From Escherichia coli (GTDB lineage: Bacteria > Pseudomonadota > Gammaproteobacteria > Enterobacterales > Enterobacteriaceae): 64,000 nt of DNA. The stretch lies in the NCBI RefSeq assembly GCF_003018115.1, contig NZ_CP027457.1. One strand, 5' to 3'. Within the stretch, counting starts at the first letter, position 1, and the number at the start of each line of letters is the position of its first letter. The notes beneath the pieces are model-generated. The model did not search any database and was not told the DNA's origin. It saw nothing but the letters and a program-made list of their open reading frames with translations. Position numbers and translations under genes: made by a program. Positions 13,412 to 23,300 of the stretch are shown in pieces.

Positions 13412-13429
13412 GCCAATAAGGGAGAAAAA
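13412..13429 (-). promoter_or_regulatory. BaeR binding box upstream of mdtA
   Basis: Minus-strand sequence TTTTTCTCCCTTATTGGC, about 55-70 nt upstream of the mdtA start, matches the remembered BaeR consensus TTTTTCTCCATDATTGGC. Confidence 0.6.
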
Positions 13430-13585
13430 TGGAGGAATTATGAAACACTATCGGGAATCGTCTGAATGGCGGGCACATTTGCGAGCACGCATCCAGTAAT
13501 AACACAGGAAACTATTTTATCTACGCGTTAGCGATAGACTACATACAGGGCGAAAGGAGGTAAGCCGCAGATTTCAGCCGGATGC

Positions 13586-13729
13586 TGAAACGGGAAAGCC
13601 CCTCCCGAGGAAGGGGCCTTAAATAAGGAAAGGGTCATGATGAAGCTACTCATCATCGTGGTGCTCTTAGTGATTAGCTACCCAGCATACTAAGACTACC
13701 AGGGCGGGGGAAACCCCGCTCTACCCTCA
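13586..13729 (-). ncRNA. sibB: Sib antisense sRNA (antitoxin to ibs), copy 1; ends approximate
   Basis: Antisense to the ibs ORF; candidate -35 TTGACA (complement of 13759-13764) and -10 TACTTT (complement of 13736-13741); hairpin 13598-13620 followed by a T-rich run on the minus strand as terminator. Confidence 0.5.
13637..13693 (+). CDS. ibsB: Type I toxin Ibs (18 aa, MMKLLIIVVLLVISYPAY), IbsB-like
   Basis: 19-codon ORF encoding a hydrophobic peptide of the Ibs family; located between mdtA and yegL as ibsA/ibsB are in K-12. Confidence 0.75.
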   Translation: MMKLLIIVVLLVISYPAY

Positions 13730-13913
13730 CTCCTGAAAGTATGCCTTCACGATAAGATTGTCAATCCGCAGGCTTTGCCGTCTGCGATCCTGCCAGCAAA
13801 AATTCTTTGCGAGACGTTACGCAATAATCACACTGGAAACTATTTTATCTGCAAGTCAGCGATAGACTAAGTGCATGGCGAAAGGAGGTAAGCCGACGAT
13901 TTCAGCGGGACGC

Positions 13914-14057
13914 TGAAACGGGAAAGCCCCTCCCGAGGAAGGGGCCTTAAATAAGGAAAGGGTCATGATGAAGCTACTCATCATCGTGGTGCTCTTAGTC
14001 ATAAGCTTCCCCGCTTACTAAGACTACCAGGGCGGGGGAAACCCCGCTCTACCCTCA
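13914..14057 (-). ncRNA. Sib antisense sRNA, copy 2; ends approximate
   Basis: Same promoter/terminator arrangement as copy 1, shifted by one repeat unit. Confidence 0.45.
13965..14021 (+). CDS. ibsB: Type I toxin Ibs (MMKLLIIVVLLVISFPAY), IbsB-like, second copy
   Basis: Same 19-codon ORF, one residue different from copy 1; repeat unit 2. Confidence 0.75.
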   Translation: MMKLLIIVVLLVISFPAY

Positions 14058-14242
14058 CTCCTGAAAGTATGCCTTCACGATAAGATTGTCAATCCGCAGG
14101 CTTTGTAGTCTGCGATCCTGCCAGCAAATATTCTTTGCGAGTCGTTACGCAATAATCACAGAGGAAACTATTTTATTCACGCGTTAGCGATAGACTGCAT
14201 TCAGGGCGAAAGGAGGTAAGCCGATGATTTCAGCGGGACGCT

Positions 14243-14386
14243 GAAACGGGAAAGCCTCTCCCGGAGAAGAGGGCTTTTAATAAGGAAAGGGTTATGATGA
14301 AGCACGTCATCATACTGGTGATACTCTTAGTGATTAGCTTCCAGGCTTACTAAGAACACCAGGGGGAGGGGGAAACCTCTCCCTAA
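14243..14386 (-). ncRNA. sibA: Sib antisense sRNA, copy 3; ends approximate
   Basis: Antisense to the third ibs ORF; flanking hairpin gcctctcccggagaagagggc conserved in position. Confidence 0.4.
14294..14353 (+). CDS. ibsA: Type I toxin Ibs (19 aa, MMKHVIILVILLVISFQAY), IbsA-like
   Basis: 20-codon ORF in the third, more diverged repeat unit; nearest to yegL. Confidence 0.7.
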   Translation: MMKHVIILVILLVISFQAY

Positions 14387-14573
14387 CCCTCACTCCTGAA
14401 ATTATGTCACTCCGCCCTTAGTGTCAATCGACGGCTCTCCGTTCTTGCGAGGCGAATAGCAAAATTTTCTGCGCCGCCGGGCCTAATTCTGAAAGTTTCT
14501 TCGTTTGCTCTTATTTCATTATTGCAGTCGGTATGATACCGGACCTCGATAATTCTCTAAGAAAGGATTTCTT

Positions 14574-15233
14574 ATGAGCGAACAAATCACGTTTGCCACC
14601 AGCGATTTTGCCAGTAACCCGGAACCACGTTGCCCCTGCATTTTGCTGCTGGATGTTTCTGGTTCTATGAACGGTAGACCTATTAATGAACTTAACGCCG
14701 GATTGGTTACCTTTCGTGATGAACTGCTTGCTGATCCGCTGGCTTTAAAAAGAGTGGAACTCGGCATTGTGACGTTCGGCCCGGTGCATGTGGAACAACC
14801 CTTTACCAGCGCCGCTAATTTTTTTCCGCCCATCCTGTTTGCCCAGGGCGATACACCAATGGGTGCGGCCATTACCAAAGCCCTGGATATGGTAGAGGAG
14901 CGGAAACGTGAGTATCGTGCAAATGGTATTTCGTATTATCGCCCGTGGATTTTCCTGATTACCGATGGTGCACCAACCGATGAGTGGCAGGCTGCAGCCA
15001 ACAAAGTGTTTCGGGGGGAAGAAGATAAAAGGTTTGCTTTCTTTTCCATCGGTGTTCAGGGGGCGGATATGAAGACGCTGGCACAAATCAGCGTTCGTCA
15101 GCCTTTGCCTCTGCAAGGATTACAATTCCGTGAACTGTTTAGCTGGTTATCCAGTTCGCTGCGTTCGGTTTCCCGCTCCACGCCGGGAACGGAAGTTGTG
15201 CTGGAAGCGCCAAAAGGCTGGACGTCAGTGTGA
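14574..15233 (+). CDS. yegL: von Willebrand factor A (vWA, TerY-like) domain protein YegL
   Basis: 219 aa; vWA MIDAS-like segment [12 protein letters not shown]; first gene of a three-gene operon with overlapping stops/starts. Confidence 0.85.
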
Positions 15234-15991
15234 GCTGGCGTCTGGTTTATGCATCCGCTGTTGGAACGTCGCACATTAGCGCTGATTTACCTTGTCAGGA
15301 TGCCTGCCAGATGCAGGTTGCCTGGTTAAACGATCAGCAACCATTACTGGTGATGTTTCTTGCTGATGGTGCAGGCAGCGTCTCGCAGGGTGGCGAAGGC
15401 GCGATGCTCGCCGTCAATGAAGCGATGGCTTATATGTCGCAAAAAGTGCAGGGTGGGGAATTGGGGCTTAATGATATCCTCGCCACGGATATTGTGCTGA
15501 CTATTCGTCAGCGACTTTTTGCCGAGGCGGAAGCCAAAGAATTAGCAGTTCGCGATTTTGCCTGCACGTTTCTGGGATTGATTTCATCGGCTAATGGCAC
15601 CTTGATTATGCAGATTGGCGATGGCGGCGTGGTGGTGGATTTTGGTCACGGTCTGCAATTGCCGCTTACGCCGATGGTGGGTGAATATGCCAATATGACG
15701 CACTTCATTACCGATGAAGATGCCGTTTCCAGACTGGAAACTTTCACCAGCACTGAGCGTGTGCATAAAGTTGCAGCATTTACGGATGGTATCCAGCGAC
15801 TGGCGTTAAATATGCTGGATAATTCTCCTCATGTACCTTTCTTTACCCCGTTTTTCAATGGACTGGCGTCAGCAACGCAGGAACAACTCGATTTATTACC
15901 TGAATTGTTAAAGCAGTTTTTGTCCAGCCCGGCGGTAAACGAGCGTACGGATGATGATAAAACGTTGGCACTGGCGCTGTGGTTACCATGA
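15230..15991 (+). CDS. yegK: PP2C-family Ser/Thr protein phosphatase YegK (PphC)
   Basis: 253 aa; 4-nt overlap with yegL and 13-nt overlap with yegI. Confidence 0.8.
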
Positions 15992-17928
15992 AACCCACTT
16001 TATATACTGCTACTGGTGAGTGCGTTACGCCAGGCCGTGAACTGGGCAAAGGCGGTGAAGGCGCGGTTTATGATATCAATGAGTTTGTCGATAGCGTCGC
16101 CAAGATTTATCACACGCCGCCACCCGCCTTAAAACAGGACAAACTTGCCTTTATGGCTGCGACAGCTGACGCGCAATTGTTGAATTATGTCGCCTGGCCG
16201 CAGGCAACGCTTCACGGTGGACGAGGCGGAAAAGTTATCGGTTTTATGATGCCAAAAGTTTCTGGTAAAGAACCGATTCATATGATCTATAGCCCGGCAC
16301 ATCGTCGTCAACGTTACCCTCATTGTGCGTGGGATTTTCTACTCTATGTTGCGCGCAATATTGCTTCATCTTTTGCTACGGTTCACGAGCACGGGCACGT
16401 CGTGGGTGACGTAAACCAGAACAGTTTTATGGTAGGTCGCGACAGCAAAGTGGTACTGATTGATAGCGACTCCTTTCAGATTAACGCCAATGGCACACTG
16501 CATTTATGCGAAGTCGGCGTGTCGCATTTTACGCCGCCAGAGCTACAAACCTTGTCGTCATTTGTCGGCTTTGAACGCACAAAAAATCACGATAATTTTG
16601 GCCTTGCGTTGCTGATTTTTCACGTCTTGTTTGGTGGCCGGCATCCTTATTCTGGTGTGCCGCTTATCTCTGATGCGGGTAATGCGCTGGAGACGGATAT
16701 TACCCATTTCCGTTATGCCTACGCGTCAGATAATCAGCGACGTGGTTTAAAACCGCCGCCACGATCGATTCCGCTATCGATGTTACCGAGTGATGTTGAA
16801 GCCATGTTTCAGCAGGCATTCACGGAAAGTGGCGTGGCAACCGGGCGTCCGACGGCTAAAGCGTGGGTAGCGGCACTTGATTCTCTGCGCCAACAGTTAA
16901 AGAAATGTACCGTTTCGGCAATGCATGTTTATCCCGGTCATTTGGCTGACTGCCCATGGTGTGCGCTGGATAATCAAGGTGTTATCTATTTTATTGATCT
17001 CGGCGAAGAGGTCATTACCACCGGCGGGGATTTTGTGCTGGCAAAAGTCTGGGCGATGGTGATGGCGTCAGTAGCACCGCCAGCATTGCAACTGCCATTA
17101 CCCGATCATTTCCAACCGACTGGCAGGCCGCTTCCTTTAGGCCTGTTACGGCGCGAATACATCATTCTGCTTGAGATCGCACTGTCAGCATTATCGCTGC
17201 TGCTTTGCGGCCTTCAGGCAGAACCGCGTTATATTATTTTGGTTCCTGTGCTGGCGGCTATCTGGATTATTGGCAGTCTGACAAGCAAAGCGTACAAAGC
17301 AGAAGTTCAGCAACGCCGTGAGGCATTTAATCGTGCGAAAATGGACTATGACCATTTAGTCCGCCAGATCCAGCAGGTAGGCGGCCTGGAAGGTTTTATC
17401 GCCAAACGGACGATGCTCGAAAAAATGAAGGACGAAATTCTCGGGTTACCGGAAGAAGAGAAACGCGCTCTGGCAGCACTTCATGACACTGCAAGGGAAC
17501 GGCAGAAGCAGAAGTTTCTGGAGGGATTTTTTATTGATGTTGCCTCTATTCCCGGCGTTGGCCCTGCGCGTAAAGCGGCGTTACGGTCTTTTGGTATTGA
17601 AACAGCCGCAGATGTTACCCGTCGTGGCGTTAAGCAAGTGAAAGGGTTTGGCGACCATCTGACCCAGGCGGTTATCGACTGGAAAGCGAGTTGTGAACGC
17701 CGTTTTGTGTTCAGGCCGAATGAAGCGATAACGCCTGCAGACAGACAAGCGGTACTGACTAAAATGGCCGCCAAACGACATCGGCTGGAATCGACGTTGA
17801 CTGTCGGCGCGACAGAGTTGCAGCGATTCCGCCTTCAAGCTCCAGCACGGACCATGCCGTTGATGGAACCGTTACGTCAGGCAGCAGAAAAACTGGCCCA
17901 GGCGCAGGCAGATTTAAGCCGCTGCTGA
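15979..17928 (+). CDS. yegI: Ser/Thr protein kinase-like protein YegI
   Basis: 649 aa; N-terminal kinase-like region (GKGGEGAVY glycine loop, HGDVNQNSFMV catalytic-loop-like, DSDSFQ), central TM segment, C-terminal coiled region. Confidence 0.85.
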   Translation: MVTMKPTLYTATGECVTPGRELGKGGEGAVYDINEFVDSVAKIYHTPPPALKQDKLAFMAATADAQLLNYVAWPQATLHGGRGGKVIGFMMPKVSGKEPIHMIYSPAHRRQRYPHCAWDFLLYVARNIASSFATVHEHGHVVGDVNQNSFMVGRDSKVVLIDSDSFQINANGTLHLCEVGVSHFTPPELQTLSSFVGFERTKNHDNFGLALLIFHVLFGGRHPYSGVPLISDAGNALETDITHFRYAYASDNQRRGLKPPPRSIPLSMLPSDVEAMFQQAFTESGVATGRPTAKAWVAALDSLRQQLKKCTVSAMHVYPGHLADCPWCALDNQGVIYFIDLGEEVITTGGDFVLAKVWAMVMASVAPPALQLPLPDHFQPTGRPLPLGLLRREYIILLEIALSALSLLLCGLQAEPRYIILVPVLAAIWIIGSLTSKAYKAEVQQRREAFNRAKMDYDHLVRQIQQVGGLEGFIAKRTMLEKMKDEILGLPEEEKRALAALHDTARERQKQKFLEGFFIDVASIPGVGPARKAALRSFGIETAADVTRRGVKQVKGFGDHLTQAVIDWKASCERRFVFRPNEAITPADRQAVLTKMAAKRHRLESTLTVGATELQRFRLQAPARTMPLMEPLRQAAEKLAQAQADLSRC

Positions 17929-17939
17929 GCCATTTTCTT

Positions 17940-19292
17940 TTAACGAAATACCACTTCCGCCCAGCGAGCCAGCCCGGCGGTGACGGAGCCAAAGTCATCG
18001 CCGCCTGCAATCGGAATGCCCGGCAACTGTTCTGCCAGCGCTTTTTTAATCAGCGGAGAACGGGCGCTACCGCCGGTCAGGTAGATAACGTCCGGTTTTT
18101 CCTGGGCGTTATCCAGGGCCAGTTGCACCTGTTCCAGAATCCGCGCCAGTGGCTGGCTGAGGGCGCTTTCCAGCCCTTGCTGGCTAATCAGCGTAGCCAG
18201 TTCATCGCTGATAAACGGCAGTGAGGCGCGGGTTTCCGCAGTGCTGGAAAGAGCAATTTTGCTCTCTTCTGCGCTACGCACCAGGCGATAGCTTAAACGC
18301 TGACGCCAGACTTTCTGTAGCAGGGCCACTTTTTCCGGTTCGCGGGCATCGCGTACCAGATCGTTAAGCAGACGACCGTTGGCACTACTGTAGAAATCAC
18401 TCTGCGCAGGTACGTCGTTGATGGCAACCGCATTCCACCACGGCAGAATCGGCAGGGCGATGCCTTTTTCGGTTTCGCCACCCATGCCCAGTAACGGCAT
18501 CAGGTTTTTAAACGCCAGTGCGATGTCCAGATCGTTACCGCCAATACGGCAACCACTGTGACCCAGCAGGCTGGCTTCACGATCGAGACGCGAACGCCAC
18601 TGCGGCCCCATCAGCAGCAATGAACAGTCAGTCGTACCACCGCCGATATCCACCACCAGCACCCGTTTTTCTTCCTGCAAGGTGGCTTCGTAATCCAGCC
18701 CAGCCGCGACCGGCTCGTACTGGAATACCACGTCCCTGAATCCGGCACGCTTCGCCGCGCGTTCCAGAATCCCTTGCGCCTGGGCGTTTGCTTCATCGCC
18801 GCCCAGCCCCTGGAAGTTGATCGGGCGACCAATCACCGCCTGAGTAATCGCTTCTGGCAGCTGCGCCTGCGCCTGCTGGCGAATGTGCAACATCATTGCG
18901 CAGACCAGATCCTCAAACAGCGCTACCTGCTGCGGTTTTAAGCCGCTGGCACCGAGGAACGATTTTGGTGATTTCACAAACCACACTTCTTCTGGATCAT
19001 CAATGTACTGTGCCAGTGAGGAAAGACCGAACTGCACGCTTTTCGCCGTAACATCGATATCTTCTTCGCGGTTATAACGAATCGCCCGACGTAACAGCGC
19101 CTGCGTTTCATCGTCGTCTGCCGGAACATCATGATGGCGGTACAGCCATTCACTTACTGCTTCACGCGTTGGCGCGCAAAGCATTGAAGGCAGCAGCGTG
19201 CTGTCGTTTTCCATTTTCAGTAATTGCGGTTTACCGTCACGCATGACCGCCACTGAACAGTTTGCTGTACCGTAATCAAAACCAATAAACAC
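17940..19292 (-). CDS. yegD: Hsp70-like (actin-fold ATPase) protein YegD
   Basis: 450 aa; MFIGFDYGTANCSVAVM... sugar-kinase/Hsp70/actin fold; convergent with yegI. Confidence 0.9.
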   Translation of the reverse strand: MFIGFDYGTANCSVAVMRDGKPQLLKMENDSTLLPSMLCAPTREAVSEWLYRHHDVPADDDETQALLRRAIRYNREEDIDVTAKSVQFGLSSLAQYIDDPEEVWFVKSPKSFLGASGLKPQQVALFEDLVCAMMLHIRQQAQAQLPEAITQAVIGRPINFQGLGGDEANAQAQGILERAAKRAGFRDVVFQYEPVAAGLDYEATLQEEKRVLVVDIGGGTTDCSLLLMGPQWRSRLDREASLLGHSGCRIGGNDLDIALAFKNLMPLLGMGGETEKGIALPILPWWNAVAINDVPAQSDFYSSANGRLLNDLVRDAREPEKVALLQKVWRQRLSYRLVRSAEESKIALSSTAETRASLPFISDELATLISQQGLESALSQPLARILEQVQLALDNAQEKPDVIYLTGGSARSPLIKKALAEQLPGIPIAGGDDFGSVTAGLARWAEVVFR

Positions 19293-19365
19293 GAATTAAT
19301 CCCCATGCCGGTGAAGAAGGGGCGTGACTTTAGCGAAATGTTGCCGTCGCGACAACCGGAATATG

Positions 19366-19376
19366 AAAGCAAAGCG
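19366..19376 (+). promoter_or_regulatory. Candidate Ada box in the alkA promoter
   Basis: AAAGCAAAGCG about 50 nt upstream of the alkA ATG; resembles the remembered Ada site AAAGCAAA of alkA. Confidence 0.4.
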
Positions 19377-19425
19377 TAGCGTCTGAATAACGTTTATGCT
19401 GAAAGCGGATGAATAAGGAGATGCG

Positions 19426-20283
19426 ATGTATACCCTGAACTGGCAGCCGCCGTATGACTGGTCGTGGATGTTGGGATTTCTCGCCGCCCGTGCGGTGAGT
19501 GGTGTGGAAACGGTCGCTGAGGATTATTATGCCCGTAGTCTGGCGGTGGGCGAATATCGCGGCGTGGTGACTGCTATTCCGGATATAGCCCGCCATACTC
19601 TGCACATAAATTTAAGTGCAGGTTTAGAACCCGTTGCCGCTGAGTGTCTGGCGAAAATGAGCCGCCTGTTTGATCTGCAATGTAACCCGCAGATTGTTAA
19701 CGGTGCGTTGGGCAAGTTAGGCGCGGCGCGGCCCGGATTGCGTTTACCCGGCTGTATTGATGCTTTTGAGCAGGGTGTGCGGGCGATTTTAGGCCAACTG
19801 GTGAGCGTGGCGATGGCGGCAAAATTGACTGCCAAAGTTGTACAGCTTTATGGCGAACGGCTGGATGATTTTCCGGAGTATATCTGCTTCCCCACGCCTC
19901 AGCGGCTGGCAGCAGCCGACCCGCAGGCATTAAAAGCGTTAGGCATGCCGTTGAAACGGGCAGAGGCACTGATTCATCTGGCAAATGCGGCGCTGGAGGG
20001 CAGCTTACCAATGACAATTCCGGGCGATGTGGAGCAGGCGATGAAAACGCTGCAAACTTTTCCGGGTATCGGGCGCTGGACGGCGAATTATTTCGCTTTG
20101 CGTGGCTGGCAGGCGAAAGATGTTTTTCTGCCGGATGATTATCTGATTAAACAGCGATTTCCGGGGATGACACCGGCACAAATCCGCCGTTATGCCGAGC
20201 GCTGGAAGCCCTGGCGTTCTTATGCGCTGTTGCATATCTGGTATACGGAAGGCTGGCAACCAGACGGAACGGACGAATTGTAG
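19426..20283 (+). CDS. alkA: 3-methyladenine DNA glycosylase II AlkA
   Basis: 285 aa; MYTLNWQPPYDWSWMLGFLAARAVS... matches AlkA over nearly its whole length. Confidence 0.95.
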   Translation: MYTLNWQPPYDWSWMLGFLAARAVSGVETVAEDYYARSLAVGEYRGVVTAIPDIARHTLHINLSAGLEPVAAECLAKMSRLFDLQCNPQIVNGALGKLGAARPGLRLPGCIDAFEQGVRAILGQLVSVAMAAKLTAKVVQLYGERLDDFPEYICFPTPQRLAAADPQALKALGMPLKRAEALIHLANAALEGSLPMTIPGDVEQAMKTLQTFPGIGRWTANYFALRGWQAKDVFLPDDYLIKQRFPGMTPAQIRRYAERWKPWRSYALLHIWYTEGWQPDGTDEL

Positions 20284-20304
20284 GCCTGATACGTCGCATC
20301 AGGC
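20284..20304. terminator. Hairpin between convergent alkA and dgcE (terminator or REP-like)
   Basis: gcctgat-acgtcgc-atcaggc inverted repeat immediately after the alkA stop. Confidence 0.4.
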
Positions 20305-20321
20305 AATGGGCAAACGCTCCC

Positions 20322-23300
20322 TCAGTTAATCGCGAAATAACTGCTATTCACCAGCAAATCCAGCGGTTGGGCATCGGCAATCACATCACCATAAATCAGA
20401 TCGACGCCGATGCCAGAAAGCGTATCCATCACTAAGGGTAAAACGACTGGCCCGGCGATGGTTTTCATCCCGAGTCGCTGAGCGTGCCCCTGAATAATCG
20501 TAATCAGCATCTCATCCATCAAATTACCCTGCACGTTGGCGCATAACTCACCATCAAGTAGCAGGTAATCTGCCATATTCGCTTTCAGCGAGTTGAAGAT
20601 TTGCAGATCGCGGCCCACCTGGCTGAGCACTATCCGACATCCCGCCAGCCGCAGTTTTTGCACGCTTTCTGCGTGATCTAAAATCGCTTCAGCCGGAATA
20701 ATCAGGTGTAATAACCGTGGTGGTAGAGGGCTATTTTCCAGCTGCTCAAGCAGATCATTCACCAGCGTGGCGCTACTCAAACCGGCAACGGAAAGGGGGA
20801 GGGCGATGCTTATGCCTTTACTGGCAACCGCTTTTGCGGCCAGCTGGAAAAATTCGTGGAATACCCGTCGGTCAAGAGCATGGCTAAGTGCCGGATCGCT
20901 GAAGCTACGACGAAATTTTTGTTCATCAATAATCTCGCCTTCGCAACTCCAGAGTTTAAGCGAAATCAGCCACAAATTACGCGCTTCCGGGATCCGCGGC
21001 GAAGCGACACCGTGGGCCATCATCATCAACTGATTCTCTTTAATCATCCGCCACTGTTCATCAAGCGACATCGCCGCCCGTTCGCTATGTGCGGCAGCTT
21101 GCTGTGGTTCGTAAACCGTCACCCGGCCCCGTCCACCATTTTTGGAGGCATAACAGGCGATATCAGCCTGCGACATCACTTCTGCCGCCTGATGATTGTT
21201 GTCATCAATCAAGGTAATCCCGGCACTGGCACCTACCCGATGCACACGGCCTTCCCATATAAAGTGATAATCATTCACGGCACTGATAATGCGTGTAGCG
21301 ATAAAACGCGCACTTTCGATATTACAGTCTGGCAACAGTAGACCAAATTCATCACCACCGAGTCGCGCCAGCACGTCGCTGGAGCGCAGCATACTCAGCA
21401 TCAACGACGCCAGTTCGCGCAGCAAAGCGTCGCCCGCCGCATGCCCGGCGCTGTCATTCACCGCTTTAAAGCGATCAAGATCGATAAACACCAGGGCATG
21501 TCGCTGATGTGTACTGTTTACCGTTTGCAGCAGCATACGCAGTTGCTTCTCAAAACTGGCGCGATTGGCGAGATGCGTCAGTGCATCATGGGAGGCGCTG
21601 TAGCTCAGCTGGCGCAGCATTTTGCGTGATTCGGTAACGTCCTGAATCACCAGAACCGAACCAATATTGCTGCCGTCCAGAGTACTTAACGGCGTAATAC
21701 TGTAATGCACGTCGTAGCTGCCGCCGCTCCGGCAGTGCAACACCACATCTTGTTCAATCGCGGAACGTGAGGTGTCGGCACTGTAAATGTTCTCCATCAG
21801 GGGACCATTGTCGCCAAAGGTAATATGCAACACCGTCAGGAGCGGAACACCTAATGCTTCTTCCTGCGTCCAGCCGCTCATCTTCTCCGCCACTGGATTC
21901 ATAAAGGTAATTTTCATTGCCATATCAATACAGACCACGGCTTCGCCGATGGAGTCCAGCGTTATGTGCAGGCGCTCTTTTTCCTGAAACAATGCCTCGT
22001 TAAGCTGTTTAACCTCAGTCATATCCATATTAATGCCGAGCAGGCGTTCGACTTCGCCTTCTTTATTCAGTACCCGGTTGGCGAGGGCGCGGATATGGCG
22101 AATACCGTCTTTTACGGTAATGCGAAATTCCAGTTTAAAGGGCGAGCGTGATTGCAACGAATCACGAATCACTTTTTCGGCATGCTGGCGATCTTCCGGC
22201 AGCACGCACTCGTACCACACCTGCCAGTTCGGTTTGATATGTGGAGGAATTTCATACAGCTCGAACATCCGCTTATCCCAGCTAAAAATATTCGGCTTCA
22301 ACTCCCACTCCCAGATGCCAATCCCGCCCGCTTCGTTAGCCAGCGTGATGCGCTCCATAAGTTGCTGATTCACCTGTTCGGTGCGTTTTAGCTCGTTAAT
22401 GTCTTCAATCTGAGCGATAAAATAGAGCGGCGTGCCATCCGTGTGGCGCACCAGTGAGACGGCAAGCAACGCCCAGACAACATCGCCATTGCGGTTGTAG
22501 TAGCGTTTTTCCATTGAATAGGTGTTTATTTCACCGCTTATCAGCTTTTCAACCTGTTGGAGATCTTTATTGAGATCCTCCGGCCAGGTCAGTTGCTGAA
22601 AGGTGAGTCCGCGCAGCTCTTCCTGACTGTACCCGAGAAACTGGCAGAGCGCTTTGTTGGTTTGCAGCCATTGTCCCTCGGTGCCCACTAACGCCATACC
22701 GATAGCGGAATATTCCATGGCGTTCCGAAAACGGGTTTCGCTTTCGGAAATGTGTTTGCGTTCCGCACGAAAGGCATACATCACCATCGTCATGATGTTG
22801 GCGGGCAGCAGGATCAGCAAAAACGGTAGCCACGGCATATGGCTCATCAGGTATGTACGCGGCGTAGCAAGCAGGGAGGGATCCGCGGCCATCATCAGCG
22901 ACACCATCATCACCGTGGTAAGGAAGATCAAAAAGGCTTCCATTCGTGGCAGGCGCACGGCGCTCCACATCAACAGCACAATAATGAAAGTAAAAGGCCA
23001 CGGCAGATACAGCATCGAAAGCCAGCTTAACGTCAGTGTGATGGCTAACGTGAGCAGCGACTCAAAAAGCAACCGTGGGTTGCGATGGCGCAGCAGATAG
23101 TGTGGTTTAAATAACAATCCCAGCGGCACCAGTGCCAGAGCGCCGATGGATTCTGACAGTACCCATATCAAAAATGCCCTGAGAGGATCGTCTCCGGCCG
23201 TCAGCAGGACAACCAGACCCCCCCCCAACAGAGGCGGAACAATGGCGCTGCCGAGTGCCAGACGCAGCCAGTCAGCCAGATTTTGCAAGGGGTTATACCA

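Larger units (their letters stand above)
13498..14480. repeat. Three tandem modules of about 328 bp, each carrying an ibs toxin ORF and an antisense Sib RNA locus
   Basis: Near-identical units visible by eye (ibs ATGs at 13637, 13965, 14294); shared flanking hairpins; third unit more diverged. Confidence 0.85.

Noticed and set aside
12111-13505. Long upstream extensions of track ORFs (mdtA 464 aa, wzc 732 aa, udk 234 aa, cpsG 472 aa, wcaD 429 aa, galF 301 aa, yegP 123 aa)
   Set aside because: The conserved N-termini of these proteins begin at internal ATG codons; the upstream extensions overlap promoter or intergenic sequence and are artefacts of longest-ORF calling.
13498-14480. Tandem repeats considered as a possible CRISPR array
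   Set aside because: Unit length is about 328 bp with no short repeat-spacer periodicity; each unit contains an Ibs peptide ORF and Sib-type hairpins, and no cas genes are nearby.
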